DNA of 64,000 nucleotides from Trypanosoma brucei. Lineage: Eukaryota. Shown here one piece after another: positions 53,510 through 63,977 of the stretch. The stretch covers positions 2,272,001 to 2,336,000 of the forward strand of contig CH464491.1 of the NCBI GenBank assembly GCA_000002445.1, written 5' to 3'. The notes beneath the pieces are model-generated. The model was not told the DNA's origin. It searched no databases and worked only from the letters and a program-made list of their open reading frames with translations. Every line of letters begins with the position of its first letter. The stretch's first letter is position 1. The position numbers and the translations under genes are program-made.

Positions 53510-55228
53510 ATGTGTGGGGGAGAAGAGAATGGTGGATTGGATCAGGCACATGTGTCCTACAGTGGCAGTGCGAGTGAGCAAAACATTGCGGAAATGATTG
53601 TAGACCCATCAGCTTCCCGTCAGCCCACAGCATTCCAACTCACACTCGATTGCAATAAGGCAGGAATGGGAAATGTGGATAAGGAACGTGTGGAAGCTAT
53701 TATACGTGGTGCCGGGGAAGGCACACCTTTTTTATTAAATGAACAACGTTTGGTTGAGGGTCGAGAGAAGCAACTGCGGGAACTCAAACGGAAATCATCT
53801 CTCTTCACTCGGTTGTTGGGTGGTGAACGAAACGCTGCGCAGCGGACGCAATGGGAGGTGAAGGTTTCCAAAATAGAACAGGAGCTTGAGGCTACGCGTC
53901 GACTGGGAACTTATATCCATTTAGACATGGACATGTTTTATGCTGCTGTTGAAATCAAGAAGCATCCGGAGTACGCCACCATTCCGCTTGCCATAGGCAC
54001 CATGACGAGGCTACAAACAGCAAATTACATTGCGCGTGGACGTGGTATTCGTCAAGGTATGCCAGGTTTCCTTGCTCTAAAAATCTGCCCGAATTTGCTC
54101 ATTCTGCCTCCTGATGATGATTCTTACAATGAGGAATCCAATACTGTGCGCCGTATTGTTGCTGAATACGACCCTAATTACATAGTTGTTGGTTTGGATG
54201 AACTAGCCCTTGAGGTAAGTGCCTACATAGAGCGTTTTGAGGGAACCAAAACAGCCGAAGATGTGGCTTCTGAACTGCGTGTGCGTGTATTTGGTGAAAC
54301 AAAGTTGACAGCAAGTGCTGGTATTGGACCCACTGCAGCACTTGCCAAGATTGCCAGTAATATTAATAAGCCGAATGGACAACATGATCTTAATCTTCAT
54401 ACCCGAGAGGATGTGATGACATACGTCAGGGATTTGGGTCTACGTTCTGTGCCTGGTGTTGGGAAGGTTACGGAAGCTCTGTTGAAGGGACTGGGTATCA
54501 CCACTCTCTCAGATATTTACAATAGGCGTGTTGAACTTTGTTACATTTTGCACAATAATTTATTTCGCTTTTTGCTTGGAGCTTCCATTGGCATTATGCA
54601 ATGGCCCGATGCAGCAACGGCAGCCAATACCGAGAATTGTGAGGGGGCTACTGGAGAGCAACGGAAGGCAATCAGTAGCGAGCGATCCATCACTACTCCA
54701 CGAACCAAAGAAGGTATGCAGGAAATGGTTGATACCGTATTCAATGGTGCCTATGAAGAAATGCGGAAGAGTGAGATAATGTGTAGACGGATATCCCTCA
54801 CAATTAGATGGGCGTCTTATCGTTATCAACAATACACAAAAAGTTTGATACAACATTCAGATGACTCTGCAACCCTTCGCCGCGCAGTAGACGAGCTCAT
54901 GTTACCGCACGCTGCAAAGTATTCAGAGATGTGTTTGTTGGGGGTACGTCTCTCGGACCTTATCTCTGCAAAAGACTTTCATATGAAAAGAAAGGGTGGT
55001 AACCAACTGTCTATTTCACAATTTATTCGCCCCAAGAAGCCGGGTGAGGTAACAGCAACCACCGGTATAAAAAGGGAGAGGACTACTGAACCGAAACAGG
55101 TTGTGGAAATAATAATATCATCAGATGACGAGGATGAGAATGATAGTGTTGGCTTGGCATCTAGCTCCACTATACTCGTTTCAACTGACAAAGGTACTGT
55201 TGAGAGGGAAGTTACCATAATTGAGTGA
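53510..55228 (+). CDS. POLK: DNA polymerase kappa-like copy 3, variant B cassette set
   Basis: Shares the same conserved blocks as the other copies. Motif III reads VVGLDELALEVS. It carries a unique PPDDDSYNEES block. The thumb/little-finger linker is CEGATGEQRKAISSERSITTPRTKEGMQEMVDTVF, shared with copies 1 and 6. Confidence 0.9.
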   Translation: MCGGEENGGLDQAHVSYSGSASEQNIAEMIVDPSASRQPTAFQLTLDCNKAGMGNVDKERVEAIIRGAGEGTPFLLNEQRLVEGREKQLRELKRKSSLFTRLLGGERNAAQRTQWEVKVSKIEQELEATRRLGTYIHLDMDMFYAAVEIKKHPEYATIPLAIGTMTRLQTANYIARGRGIRQGMPGFLALKICPNLLILPPDDDSYNEESNTVRRIVAEYDPNYIVVGLDELALEVSAYIERFEGTKTAEDVASELRVRVFGETKLTASAGIGPTAALAKIASNINKPNGQHDLNLHTREDVMTYVRDLGLRSVPGVGKVTEALLKGLGITTLSDIYNRRVELCYILHNNLFRFLLGASIGIMQWPDAATAANTENCEGATGEQRKAISSERSITTPRTKEGMQEMVDTVFNGAYEEMRKSEIMCRRISLTIRWASYRYQQYTKSLIQHSDDSATLRRAVDELMLPHAAKYSEMCLLGVRLSDLISAKDFHMKRKGGNQLSISQFIRPKKPGEVTATTGIKRERTTEPKQVVEIIISSDDEDENDSVGLASSSTILVSTDKGTVEREVTIIE

Positions 55229-56030
55229 AATGAGGACATCAGTCAATAGAAATTCCCACATTGCCCAATGGTATTCATATACAAATCACCTATACACAAG
55301 TACCCATAAACAAAACACATTATACACATGTATTGTTATACACCTATCATATGTTTTCATTTTTTGAAGTTATACTTTATATGGTTTATTACTTACATTG
55401 TTTTTTTCTTAAGCATGCTTGTGCTCATGTACAACCAGTGGAGCAACTGGCTAATAACTCCTTCATCTTTGTGCGGACACCTTGGTGTATCCTATACTTT
55501 CTTTGAGGCCTTCTAATCCAGGTACTTTTTACACACTGTGACGCTAATAAGTGTAGTTCTTTCTTTTGATTAATGTCTACTGCGTGCAGTGATGCGAAAA
55601 AGTCTGTACTTTATTTGTATGTTTATCTTCGGGTTTGATTTGTTTGGTTGCTGATGACAGCGGAAGGCCTCTGCAATTATGAAAACTCATAAGGAGGTCC
55701 ACTATAATTATACTGTTGTTCCCAGATATACGGGTGTGCGCCTAAAGGGACACGTGACGTTCAAATTGGATATCCCTCCCATTGTTGACCGTATCTCACA
55801 TTATTGGATATGTTGTAATCACTGACGGCTTGCTGTGAACTGCCACAGCTGTACACATGCACACACATGTGATTCGGTTTTTCTTCTCCCAATATCCTTC
55901 CTTTCATATAATATAGGCAACCACACAATATTGGCACAACACCTGCTATCAAACTACCCTAACCCAAGTGTCTGTTTGTTTCTTTACGTCACTGGGAGGG
56001 TTTTAACAAGAACTAACATTGAGTCTGACT

Positions 56031-57746
56031 ATGTGTGGGGGAGAAGAGAATGGTGGATTGGATCAGGCACATGTGTCCTACAGTGGCAGTGCGAGTGAGC
56101 AAAACATTGCGGAAATGATTGTAGACCCATCAGGTTCCCGTCAGCCCACAGCATTCCAACTCACACTCGATTGCAATAAGGCAGGAATGGGAAATGTGGA
56201 TAAGGAACGTGTGGAAGCTATTATACGTAATGTATCTGAGGGTTCTTCCTTTTTGATGAATGAGCAGCGGAAGGCTGAGGGTCGAGAGAAGCAACTGCAA
56301 GAGCTCAAGCGGAAATCATCTCTCTTCACTCAGTTGTTGGGTGGTGAACGAAACGCTGCGCGGCGGAAACAGTGGGAGCTGAAGGTTTCCAAAATAGAAC
56401 AGGAGCTTGAGGCTACGCGTCGACTGGGAACTTATATCCATTTAGACATGGACATGTTTTATGCTGCTGTTGAAATCAAGAAGCATCCGGAGTACGCCAA
56501 CGTTCCGCTTGCAGTTGGGAGTGTGTCAATGTTGTCTACCGCAAATTATGTTGCACGTGAATGTGGTATTCGCTCCGGTATGCCAGGTTATATCGGATTG
56601 AAGGTCTGCCCGAATTTGCTCATTCTGCCTCCTGATTTCGATGCTTACAATGAAGAATCCAATACTGTGCGCCGTATTGTTGATGAATACGACCCTAATT
56701 TTACCTCTCTCGGTTTGGATGACTTGACCCTCGAGGTAAGTGCCTACATAGAGCGTTTTGAGGGAACCAAAACAGCCGAAGATGTGGCTTCTGAACTGCG
56801 TGTGCGTGTATTTGGTGAAACAAAGTTGACAGCAAGTGCTGGTATTGGACCCACTGCAGCACTTGCCAAGATTGCCAGTAATATTAATAAGCCGAATGGA
56901 CAACATGATCTTAATCTTCATACCCGAGGGGATGTGATGACATACGTCAGGGATTTGGGTCTACGTTCTGTGCCTGGTGTTGGGAAGGTTACGGAAGCTC
57001 TGTTGAAGGGACTGGGTATCACCACTCTCTCAGATATTTACAATAGGCGTGTTGAACTTTGTTACATTTTGCACAATAATTTATTTCGCTTTTTGCTTGG
57101 AGCTTCCATTGGCATTATGCAATGGCCCGATGCAGCAACGGCAGCCAATACCGAGAATTGTGAGGGGGCTACTGGAGGGCAACGGAAGGCAATCAGTAGC
57201 GAGCGATCTTTTTATGTGTTACATAGCAAAGAGCAGTTGCATGAAATGATTTACAGTATTTTTGAAGAGGCCTATGAAGAAATGCGACAGAATGAGATGT
57301 TGTGTCGTCAGATCTCCTTGCTTGTGCGTTGGTCGTCTTATCGTTATCAACAATACACAAAAAGTTTGATACAATATTCAGATGACTCTGCAACCCTTCG
57401 CCGCGCAGTGGATGGTTTACTGTTACCGCACGCTGCAAAGTATTCAGAGATGTGTTTGTTGGGGGTACGTTTTCTTGACCTTATCTCTGCAAAAGACTTT
57501 CATATGAAAAGAAAGGGTGGTAACCAACTGTCTATTTCACAATTTATTCGCCCCAAGAAGCCGGGTGAGGTAACAGCAACCACCGGTATAAAAAGGGAGA
57601 GGACTACTGAACCGAAACAGGTTGTGGAAATAATAATATCATCAGACGACGAGGATGAGAATGATAGTGTTGGCTTGGCATCTAGCTCCACTATACTCGT
57701 TTCAACTGACAAAGGTACTGTTGAGAGGGAAGTTACCATAATTTAG
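56031..57746 (+). CDS. POLK: DNA polymerase kappa-like copy 4, variant C linker
   Basis: Motif III reads SLGLDDLTLEVS, a D-D version. The palm cassette is ANVPLAVGSVSMLSTANYVARECGIRSGMPGYIGLKV. The linker ...SERSFYVLHSKEQLHEMIYSIFEEAYEEMRQNEMLCRQISLLVRW is unique to this copy. Confidence 0.9.
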   Translation: MCGGEENGGLDQAHVSYSGSASEQNIAEMIVDPSGSRQPTAFQLTLDCNKAGMGNVDKERVEAIIRNVSEGSSFLMNEQRKAEGREKQLQELKRKSSLFTQLLGGERNAARRKQWELKVSKIEQELEATRRLGTYIHLDMDMFYAAVEIKKHPEYANVPLAVGSVSMLSTANYVARECGIRSGMPGYIGLKVCPNLLILPPDFDAYNEESNTVRRIVDEYDPNFTSLGLDDLTLEVSAYIERFEGTKTAEDVASELRVRVFGETKLTASAGIGPTAALAKIASNINKPNGQHDLNLHTRGDVMTYVRDLGLRSVPGVGKVTEALLKGLGITTLSDIYNRRVELCYILHNNLFRFLLGASIGIMQWPDAATAANTENCEGATGGQRKAISSERSFYVLHSKEQLHEMIYSIFEEAYEEMRQNEMLCRQISLLVRWSSYRYQQYTKSLIQYSDDSATLRRAVDGLLLPHAAKYSEMCLLGVRFLDLISAKDFHMKRKGGNQLSISQFIRPKKPGEVTATTGIKRERTTEPKQVVEIIISSDDEDENDSVGLASSSTILVSTDKGTVEREVTII

Positions 57747-58551
57747 TGAAATGAGGACATCAGTCAATAGAAATTCCCACATTGCCCAATGGCATTCATA
57801 TACAAATCACCTATACACAAGTACCCATAAACAAAACACATTATACACATGTATTGTTATACAGCTATCATATGTTTTCATTTTTTGAAGTTATACTTTA
57901 TATGGTTTATTACTTACATTGTTTTTTTCTTAAGCATGCTTGTGCTCATGTACAACCAGTGGAGCAACTGGCTAATAACTCCTTCATCTTTGTGCGGACA
58001 CCTTGGTGTATCCTATACTTTCTTTGAGGCCTTCTAATCCAGGTACTTTTTACACACTGTGACGCTAATAAGTGTAGTTCTTTCTTTTGATTAATGTCTA
58101 CTGCGTGCGGTGATGCGAAAAAGTCTGTACTTTATTTGTATGTTTATCTTCGGGTTTGATTTGTTTGGTTGCTGATGACAGTGGAAGGTCTCTGCAATTA
58201 TGAAAACTCATAAGGAGGTCCACTATAATTATACTGTTGTTCCCAGATATACGGGTGTGCGCCTAAAGGGACAGGTGACGTTCAAATTGGATATCCCTCC
58301 CATTGTTGACCGTATCTCACATTATTGGATATGTTGTAATCACTGACGGCTTGCTGTGAACTGCCACAGCTGTACACATGCACACACATGTGATTCGGTT
58401 TTTCTTCTCCCAATATCCTTCCTTTCATATAATATAGGCAACCACACAATATTGGCACAACACCTGCTATCAAACTACCCTAACCCAAGTGTCTGTTTGT
58501 TTCTTTACGTCACTGGGAGGGTTTTAACAAGAACTAACATTGAGTCTGACT

Positions 58552-60267
58552 ATGTGTGGGGGAGAAGAGAATGGTGGATTGGATCAGGCACATGTGTCCT
58601 ACAGTGGCAGTGCGAGTGAGCAAAACATTGCGGAAATGATTGTAGGCCCATCAGGTTCCCGTCAGCCCACAGCATTCCAACTCACACTCGATTGCAATAA
58701 GGCAGGAATGGGAAATGTGGATAAGGAACGTGTGGAAGCTATTATACGTAATGTATCTGAGGGTTCTTCCTTTTTGATGAATGAGCAGCGGAAGGCTGAG
58801 GGTCGAGAGAAGCAACTGCAAGAACTCAAGCGGAAATCATCTCTCTTCACTCAGTTGTTGGGTGGTGAACGAAACGCTGCGCAGCGGAAACAGTGGGAGC
58901 TGAAGGTTTCCAAAATAGAACAGGAGCTTGAGGCTACGCGTCGACTGGGAACTTATATCCATTTAGACATGGACATGTTTTATGCTGCTGTTGAAATCAA
59001 GAAGCATCCGGAGTACGCCGCCATTCCACTTGCAGTTGGGAGTGTGTCAATGTTGTCTACCGCAAATTATGTTGCACGTGAATGTGGTATTCGCTCCGGT
59101 ATGCCAGGTTATATCGGATTGAAGGTCTGCCCGAATTTGCTCATTCTGCCTCCTGATTTCGATGCTTACAATGAGGAATCCAATACTGTGCGCCGTATTG
59201 TTGCTGAATACGACCCTAATTTTACCTCTCTCGGTTTGGATGAACTGACCCTTGAGGTAAGTGCCTACATAGAGCGCTTTGAGGGAACCAAAACAGCCGA
59301 AGATGTGGCTTCTGAACTGCGTGTGCGTGTATTTGGTGAAACAAAGTTGACAGCAAGTGCTGGTATTGGACCCACTGCAGCACTTGCCAAGATTGCCAGT
59401 AATATTAATAAGCCGAATGGACAACATGATCTTAATCTTCATACCCGAGAGGATGTGATGACATACGTCAGGGATTTGGGTCTACGTTCTGTGCCTGGTA
59501 TTGGGAAGGTTACGGAAGCTCTGTTGAAGGGACTGGGTATCACCACTCTCTCAGATATTTACAATAGGCGTGTTGAACTTTGTTATATTTTTACCGAAAA
59601 AACATATTGTTTTTTGCTTGGAGCTTCCATTGGCATTATGCAATGGCCCGATATGTGCAGCATACTTGGTGCCTCCATCGATGATGGGACAGGTGTGGGA
59701 AGGAAGTCAGTTGGGTGTGAACGTACATTCAAAACATTTCAAAACAAAGAAGAATTGCAGGAAATGGTTGATTTCTTAGTCGACTACTCATATGATGAAC
59801 TAAAGAAACATGAGCTGATGTGTAGACAGGTTTCGTTAAAAATTCGATGGAATTCCTACCGTCATCAACAATACACAAAGAATTTGACTCAATATTCAGA
59901 TGACTCTGCAACCCTTCGCCGCGCAGTAGACGAGCTCATGTTACCGCACGCTGCAAAGTATTCAGAGATGCGGCTGCTGGGGGTACGTTTTCTTGACCTT
60001 ATCTTTGCAAAAGACTTTCATATGAAAAAAAAGGGTGGTAACCAACTGTCTATTTCACAATTTATTCGCCCCAAGAAGCCGGGTGAGGTAACAGCAACCA
60101 CCGGTATAAAAAGGGAGAGGACTACTGAACCGAAACAGGTTGTGGAAATAATAATATCATCAGATGACGAGGATGAGAATGATAGTGTTGGCTTGGCATC
60201 TAGCTCCACTGTACTCGTTTCAACTGACAAAGGTACTGTTGAGAGGGAAGTTACCATAATTGAGTGA
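58552..60267 (+). CDS. POLK: DNA polymerase kappa-like copy 5, variant A-prime linker
   Basis: Motif III reads SLGLDELTLEVS. The palm cassette is as in copy 4. The linker MCSILGASIDDGTGVGRKSVGCERTFKTFQNKEELQEMVDFLVDYSYDELKKHELMCRQVSLKIRW is related to copy 2 but distinct. Confidence 0.9.
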   Translation: MCGGEENGGLDQAHVSYSGSASEQNIAEMIVGPSGSRQPTAFQLTLDCNKAGMGNVDKERVEAIIRNVSEGSSFLMNEQRKAEGREKQLQELKRKSSLFTQLLGGERNAAQRKQWELKVSKIEQELEATRRLGTYIHLDMDMFYAAVEIKKHPEYAAIPLAVGSVSMLSTANYVARECGIRSGMPGYIGLKVCPNLLILPPDFDAYNEESNTVRRIVAEYDPNFTSLGLDELTLEVSAYIERFEGTKTAEDVASELRVRVFGETKLTASAGIGPTAALAKIASNINKPNGQHDLNLHTREDVMTYVRDLGLRSVPGIGKVTEALLKGLGITTLSDIYNRRVELCYIFTEKTYCFLLGASIGIMQWPDMCSILGASIDDGTGVGRKSVGCERTFKTFQNKEELQEMVDFLVDYSYDELKKHELMCRQVSLKIRWNSYRHQQYTKNLTQYSDDSATLRRAVDELMLPHAAKYSEMRLLGVRFLDLIFAKDFHMKKKGGNQLSISQFIRPKKPGEVTATTGIKRERTTEPKQVVEIIISSDDEDENDSVGLASSSTVLVSTDKGTVEREVTIIE

Positions 60268-60969
60268 AATGAGGACATCAGTCAATAGAAATTCCCTTTA
60301 TTCTAGCGGCATATTTATAGATATTTATTTCGGTTTTCCCATTCGGCAGAGAGAAATACAACATGTATTAAGTATTGGGGAGCAACTGGCTAATAACTCC
60401 TTCATCTTTGTGCGGACACCTTGGTGTATCCTATACTTTCTTTGAGGCCTTCTAATCCAGGTACTTTTTACACACTGTGACGCTAATAAGTGTAGTTCTT
60501 TCTTTTGATTAATGTCTACTGCGTGCAGTGATGCGAAAAAGTGTGTACTTTATTTGTATGTTTATCTTCGGGTTTGATTTGTTTGGTTGCTGATGACAGC
60601 GGAAGGCCTCTGCAATTATGAAAACTCATAAGGAGGTCCACTATAATTATACTGTTGTTCCCAGATATACGGGTGTGCGCCTAAAGGGACAGGTGACGTT
60701 CAAATTGGATATCCCTCCCATTGTTGACCGTATCTCACATTATTGGATATGTTGTAATCACTGACGGCTTGCTGTGAACTGCCACAGCTGTACACATGCA
60801 CACACATGTGATTCGGTTTTTCTTCTCCCAATATCCTTCCTTTCATATAATATAGGCAACCACACAATATTGGCACAACACCTGCTATCAAACTACCCTA
60901 ACCCAAGTGTCTGTTTGTTTCTTTACGTCATTGGGAGGGTTTTAACAAGAACTAACATTGAGTCTGACT

Positions 60970-62685
60970 ATGTGTGGGGGAGAAGAGAATGGTGGATTGG
61001 ATCAGGCACATGTGTCCTACAGTGGCAGTGCGAGTGAGCAAAACATTGCGGAAATGATTGTAGACCCATCAGGTTCCCGTCAGCCCACAGCATTCCAACT
61101 CACACTCGATTGCAATAAGGCAGGAATGGGAAATGTGGATAAGGAACGTGTGGAAGCTATTATACGTAATGTATCTGAGGGTTCTTCCTTTTTGATGAAT
61201 GAGCAGCGGAAAGCTGAGGGTCGAGAGAAGCAACTGCAAGAGCTGAAGCGGAAATCATCTCTCTTCACTCGGTTGTTGGGTGGTGAACGAAACGCTGCGC
61301 AGCGGAAACAGTGGGAGCTGAAGGTTTCCAAAATAGAACAGGAGCTTGAGGCTACGCGTCGACTGGGAACTTATATCCATTTAGACATGGACATGTTTTA
61401 TGCTGCTGTTGAAATCAAGAAGCATCCGGAGTACGCCGCCATTCCGCTTGCCATAGGCACAATAACGAGGTTGATAACAACAAATTATGTTGCGCGTGGA
61501 CGTGGTATTCGTCAAGGTATGCCAGGTTTCCTTGCTCTAAAAATCTGCCCGAATTTGCTCATTCTGCCTCCTGATTTCGATGCTTACAACGAAGAATCCA
61601 ATACTGTGCGCCGTATTGTTGCTGAATACGACCCTAATTATATCAGCTTTGGTTTGGATGACTTTACTCTCGAAGTAAGTGCCTACATAGAGCGTTTTGA
61701 GGGAACCAAAACAGCCGAAGATGTGGCTTCTGAACTGCGTGTGCGTGTATTTGGTGAAACAAAGCTGACAGCAAGTGCTGGTATTGGACCCACTGCAGCA
61801 CTTGCCAAGATTGCCAGTAATATTAATAAGCCGAATGGACAACATGATCTTAATCTTCATACCCGAGAGGATGTGATGACATACGTCAGGGATTTGGGTC
61901 TACGTTCTGTGCCTGGTGTTGGGAAGGTTACGGAAGCTCTGTTGAAGGGACTGGGTATCACCACTCTCTCAGATATTTACAATAGGCGTGTTGAACTTTG
62001 TTACATTTTGCACAATAATTTATTTCGCTTTTTGCTTGGAGCTTCCATTGGCATTATGCAATGGCCCGATGCAGCAACGGCAGCCAATACCGAGAATTGT
62101 GAGGGGGCTACTGGAGAGCAACGGAAGGCAATCAGTAGCGAGCGATCCATCACTACTCCACGAACCAAAGAAGGTATGCAGGAAATGCTTGATACCGTAT
62201 TCAATGGTGCCTATGAAGAAATGCGGAAGAGTGAGATAATGTGTAGACGGATATCCCTCACAATTAGATGGGCCTCTTATCGTTATCAACAATACACAAA
62301 AAGTTTGATACAACATTCAGATGACTCTGCAACCCTTCGCCGCGCAGTGGATGGTTTACTGTTACCGCACGCTGCAAAGTATTCAGAGATGTGTTTGTTG
62401 GGGGTACGTCTCTCGGACCTTATCTCTGCAAAAGACTTTCATATGAAAAGAAAGGGTGGTAACCAACTGTCTATTTCACAATTTATTCGCCCCAAGAAGC
62501 CGGGTGAGGTAACAGCAACCACCGGTATAAAAAGGGAGAGGACTACTGAACCGAAACAGGTTGTGGAAATAATAATATCATCAGACGACGAGGATGAGAA
62601 TGATAGTGTTGGCTTGGCATCTAGCTCCACTATACTCGTTTCAACTGGCAAAGGTACTGTTGAGAGGGAAGTTACCATAATTTAG
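60970..62685 (+). CDS. POLK: DNA polymerase kappa-like copy 6, variant B
   Basis: Nearly identical to copy 1's downstream ORF (AAIPLAIGTITRLITTNYVARGRGIRQGMPGFLALKI; SFGLDDFTLEVS) but intact, with no frameshift. It ends VTII followed by a TAG. Confidence 0.9.
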   Translation: MCGGEENGGLDQAHVSYSGSASEQNIAEMIVDPSGSRQPTAFQLTLDCNKAGMGNVDKERVEAIIRNVSEGSSFLMNEQRKAEGREKQLQELKRKSSLFTRLLGGERNAAQRKQWELKVSKIEQELEATRRLGTYIHLDMDMFYAAVEIKKHPEYAAIPLAIGTITRLITTNYVARGRGIRQGMPGFLALKICPNLLILPPDFDAYNEESNTVRRIVAEYDPNYISFGLDDFTLEVSAYIERFEGTKTAEDVASELRVRVFGETKLTASAGIGPTAALAKIASNINKPNGQHDLNLHTREDVMTYVRDLGLRSVPGVGKVTEALLKGLGITTLSDIYNRRVELCYILHNNLFRFLLGASIGIMQWPDAATAANTENCEGATGEQRKAISSERSITTPRTKEGMQEMLDTVFNGAYEEMRKSEIMCRRISLTIRWASYRYQQYTKSLIQHSDDSATLRRAVDGLLLPHAAKYSEMCLLGVRLSDLISAKDFHMKRKGGNQLSISQFIRPKKPGEVTATTGIKRERTTEPKQVVEIIISSDDEDENDSVGLASSSTILVSTGKGTVEREVTII

Positions 62686-63490
62686 TGAAATGAGGGCATC
62701 AGTCAATAGAAATTCCCACATTGCCCAATGGCATTCATATACAAATCACCTATACACAAGTACCCATAAACAAAACACATTATACACATGTATTGTTATA
62801 CACCTATCATATGTTTTCATTTTTTGAAGTTATACTTTATATGGTTTATTACTTACATTGTTTTTTTCTTAAGCATGCTTGTGCTCATGTACAACCAGTG
62901 GAGCAACTGGCTAATAACTCCTTCATCTTTGTGCGGACACCTTGGTGTATCCTATACTTTCTTTGAGGCCTTCTAATCCAGGTACTTTTTACACACTGTG
63001 ACGCTAATAAGTGTAGTTCTTTCTTTTGATTAATGTCTACTGCGTGCAGTGATGCGAAAAAGTGTGTACTTTATTTGTATGTTTATCTTCGGGTTTGATT
63101 TGTTTGGTTGCTGATGACAGTGGAAGGTCTCTGCAATTATGAAAACTCATAAGGAGGTCCACTATAATTATACTGTTGTTCCCAGATATACGGGTGTGCG
63201 CCTAAAGGGACACGTGACGTTCAAATTGGATATCCCTCCCATTGTTGACCGTATCTCACATTATTGGATATGTTGTAATCACTGACGGCTTGCTGTGAAC
63301 TGCCACAGCTGTACACATGCACACACATGTGATTCGGTTTTTCTTCTCCTAATATCCTTCCTTTCATATAATATAGGCAACCACACAATATTGGCACAAC
63401 ACCTGCTATCAAACTACCCTAACCCAAGTGTCTGTTTGTTTCTTTACGTCACTGGGAGGGTTTTAACAAGAACTAACATTGAGTCTGACT

Positions 63491-63977
63491 ATGTGTGGGG
63501 GAGAAGAGAATGGTGGATTGGATCAGGCACATGTGTCCTACAGTGGCAGTGCGAGTGAGCAAAACATTGCGGAAATGATTGTAGACCCATCAGCTTCCCG
63601 TCAGCCCACAGCATTCCAACTCACACTCGATTGCAATAAGGCAGGAATGGGAAATGTGGATAAGGAACGTGTGGAAGCTATTATACGTAATGTATCTGAG
63701 GGTTCTTCCTTTTTGATGAATGAGCAGCGGAAAGCTGAGGGTCGAGAGAAGCAACTGCAAGAGCTGAAGCGGAAATCATCTCTCTTCACTCAGTTGTTGG
63801 ATGGTGAACGAAACGCTGCGCAGCGGAAACAGTGGGAGCTGAAGGTTTCCAAAATAGAACAGGAGCTTGAGGCTACGCGTCGACTGNGAACTTATATCCA
63901 TTTAGACATGGACATGTTTTATGCTGCTGTTGANATCAAGAAGCATCCGGAGTACGCCGCCATTCCGCTTGCCATAG
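63491..63977 (+). CDS. POLK: DNA polymerase kappa-like copy 7, 5' partial (truncated by Ns and the window end)
   Basis: Same N-terminal sequence as copies 4-6 (MCGGEENGG...NVSEGSSFLMNEQRKAEGREKQ...LDMDMFYAAV). Two single-n ambiguities occur at 63887 and 63934, then a run of N from 63978. Confidence 0.8.
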
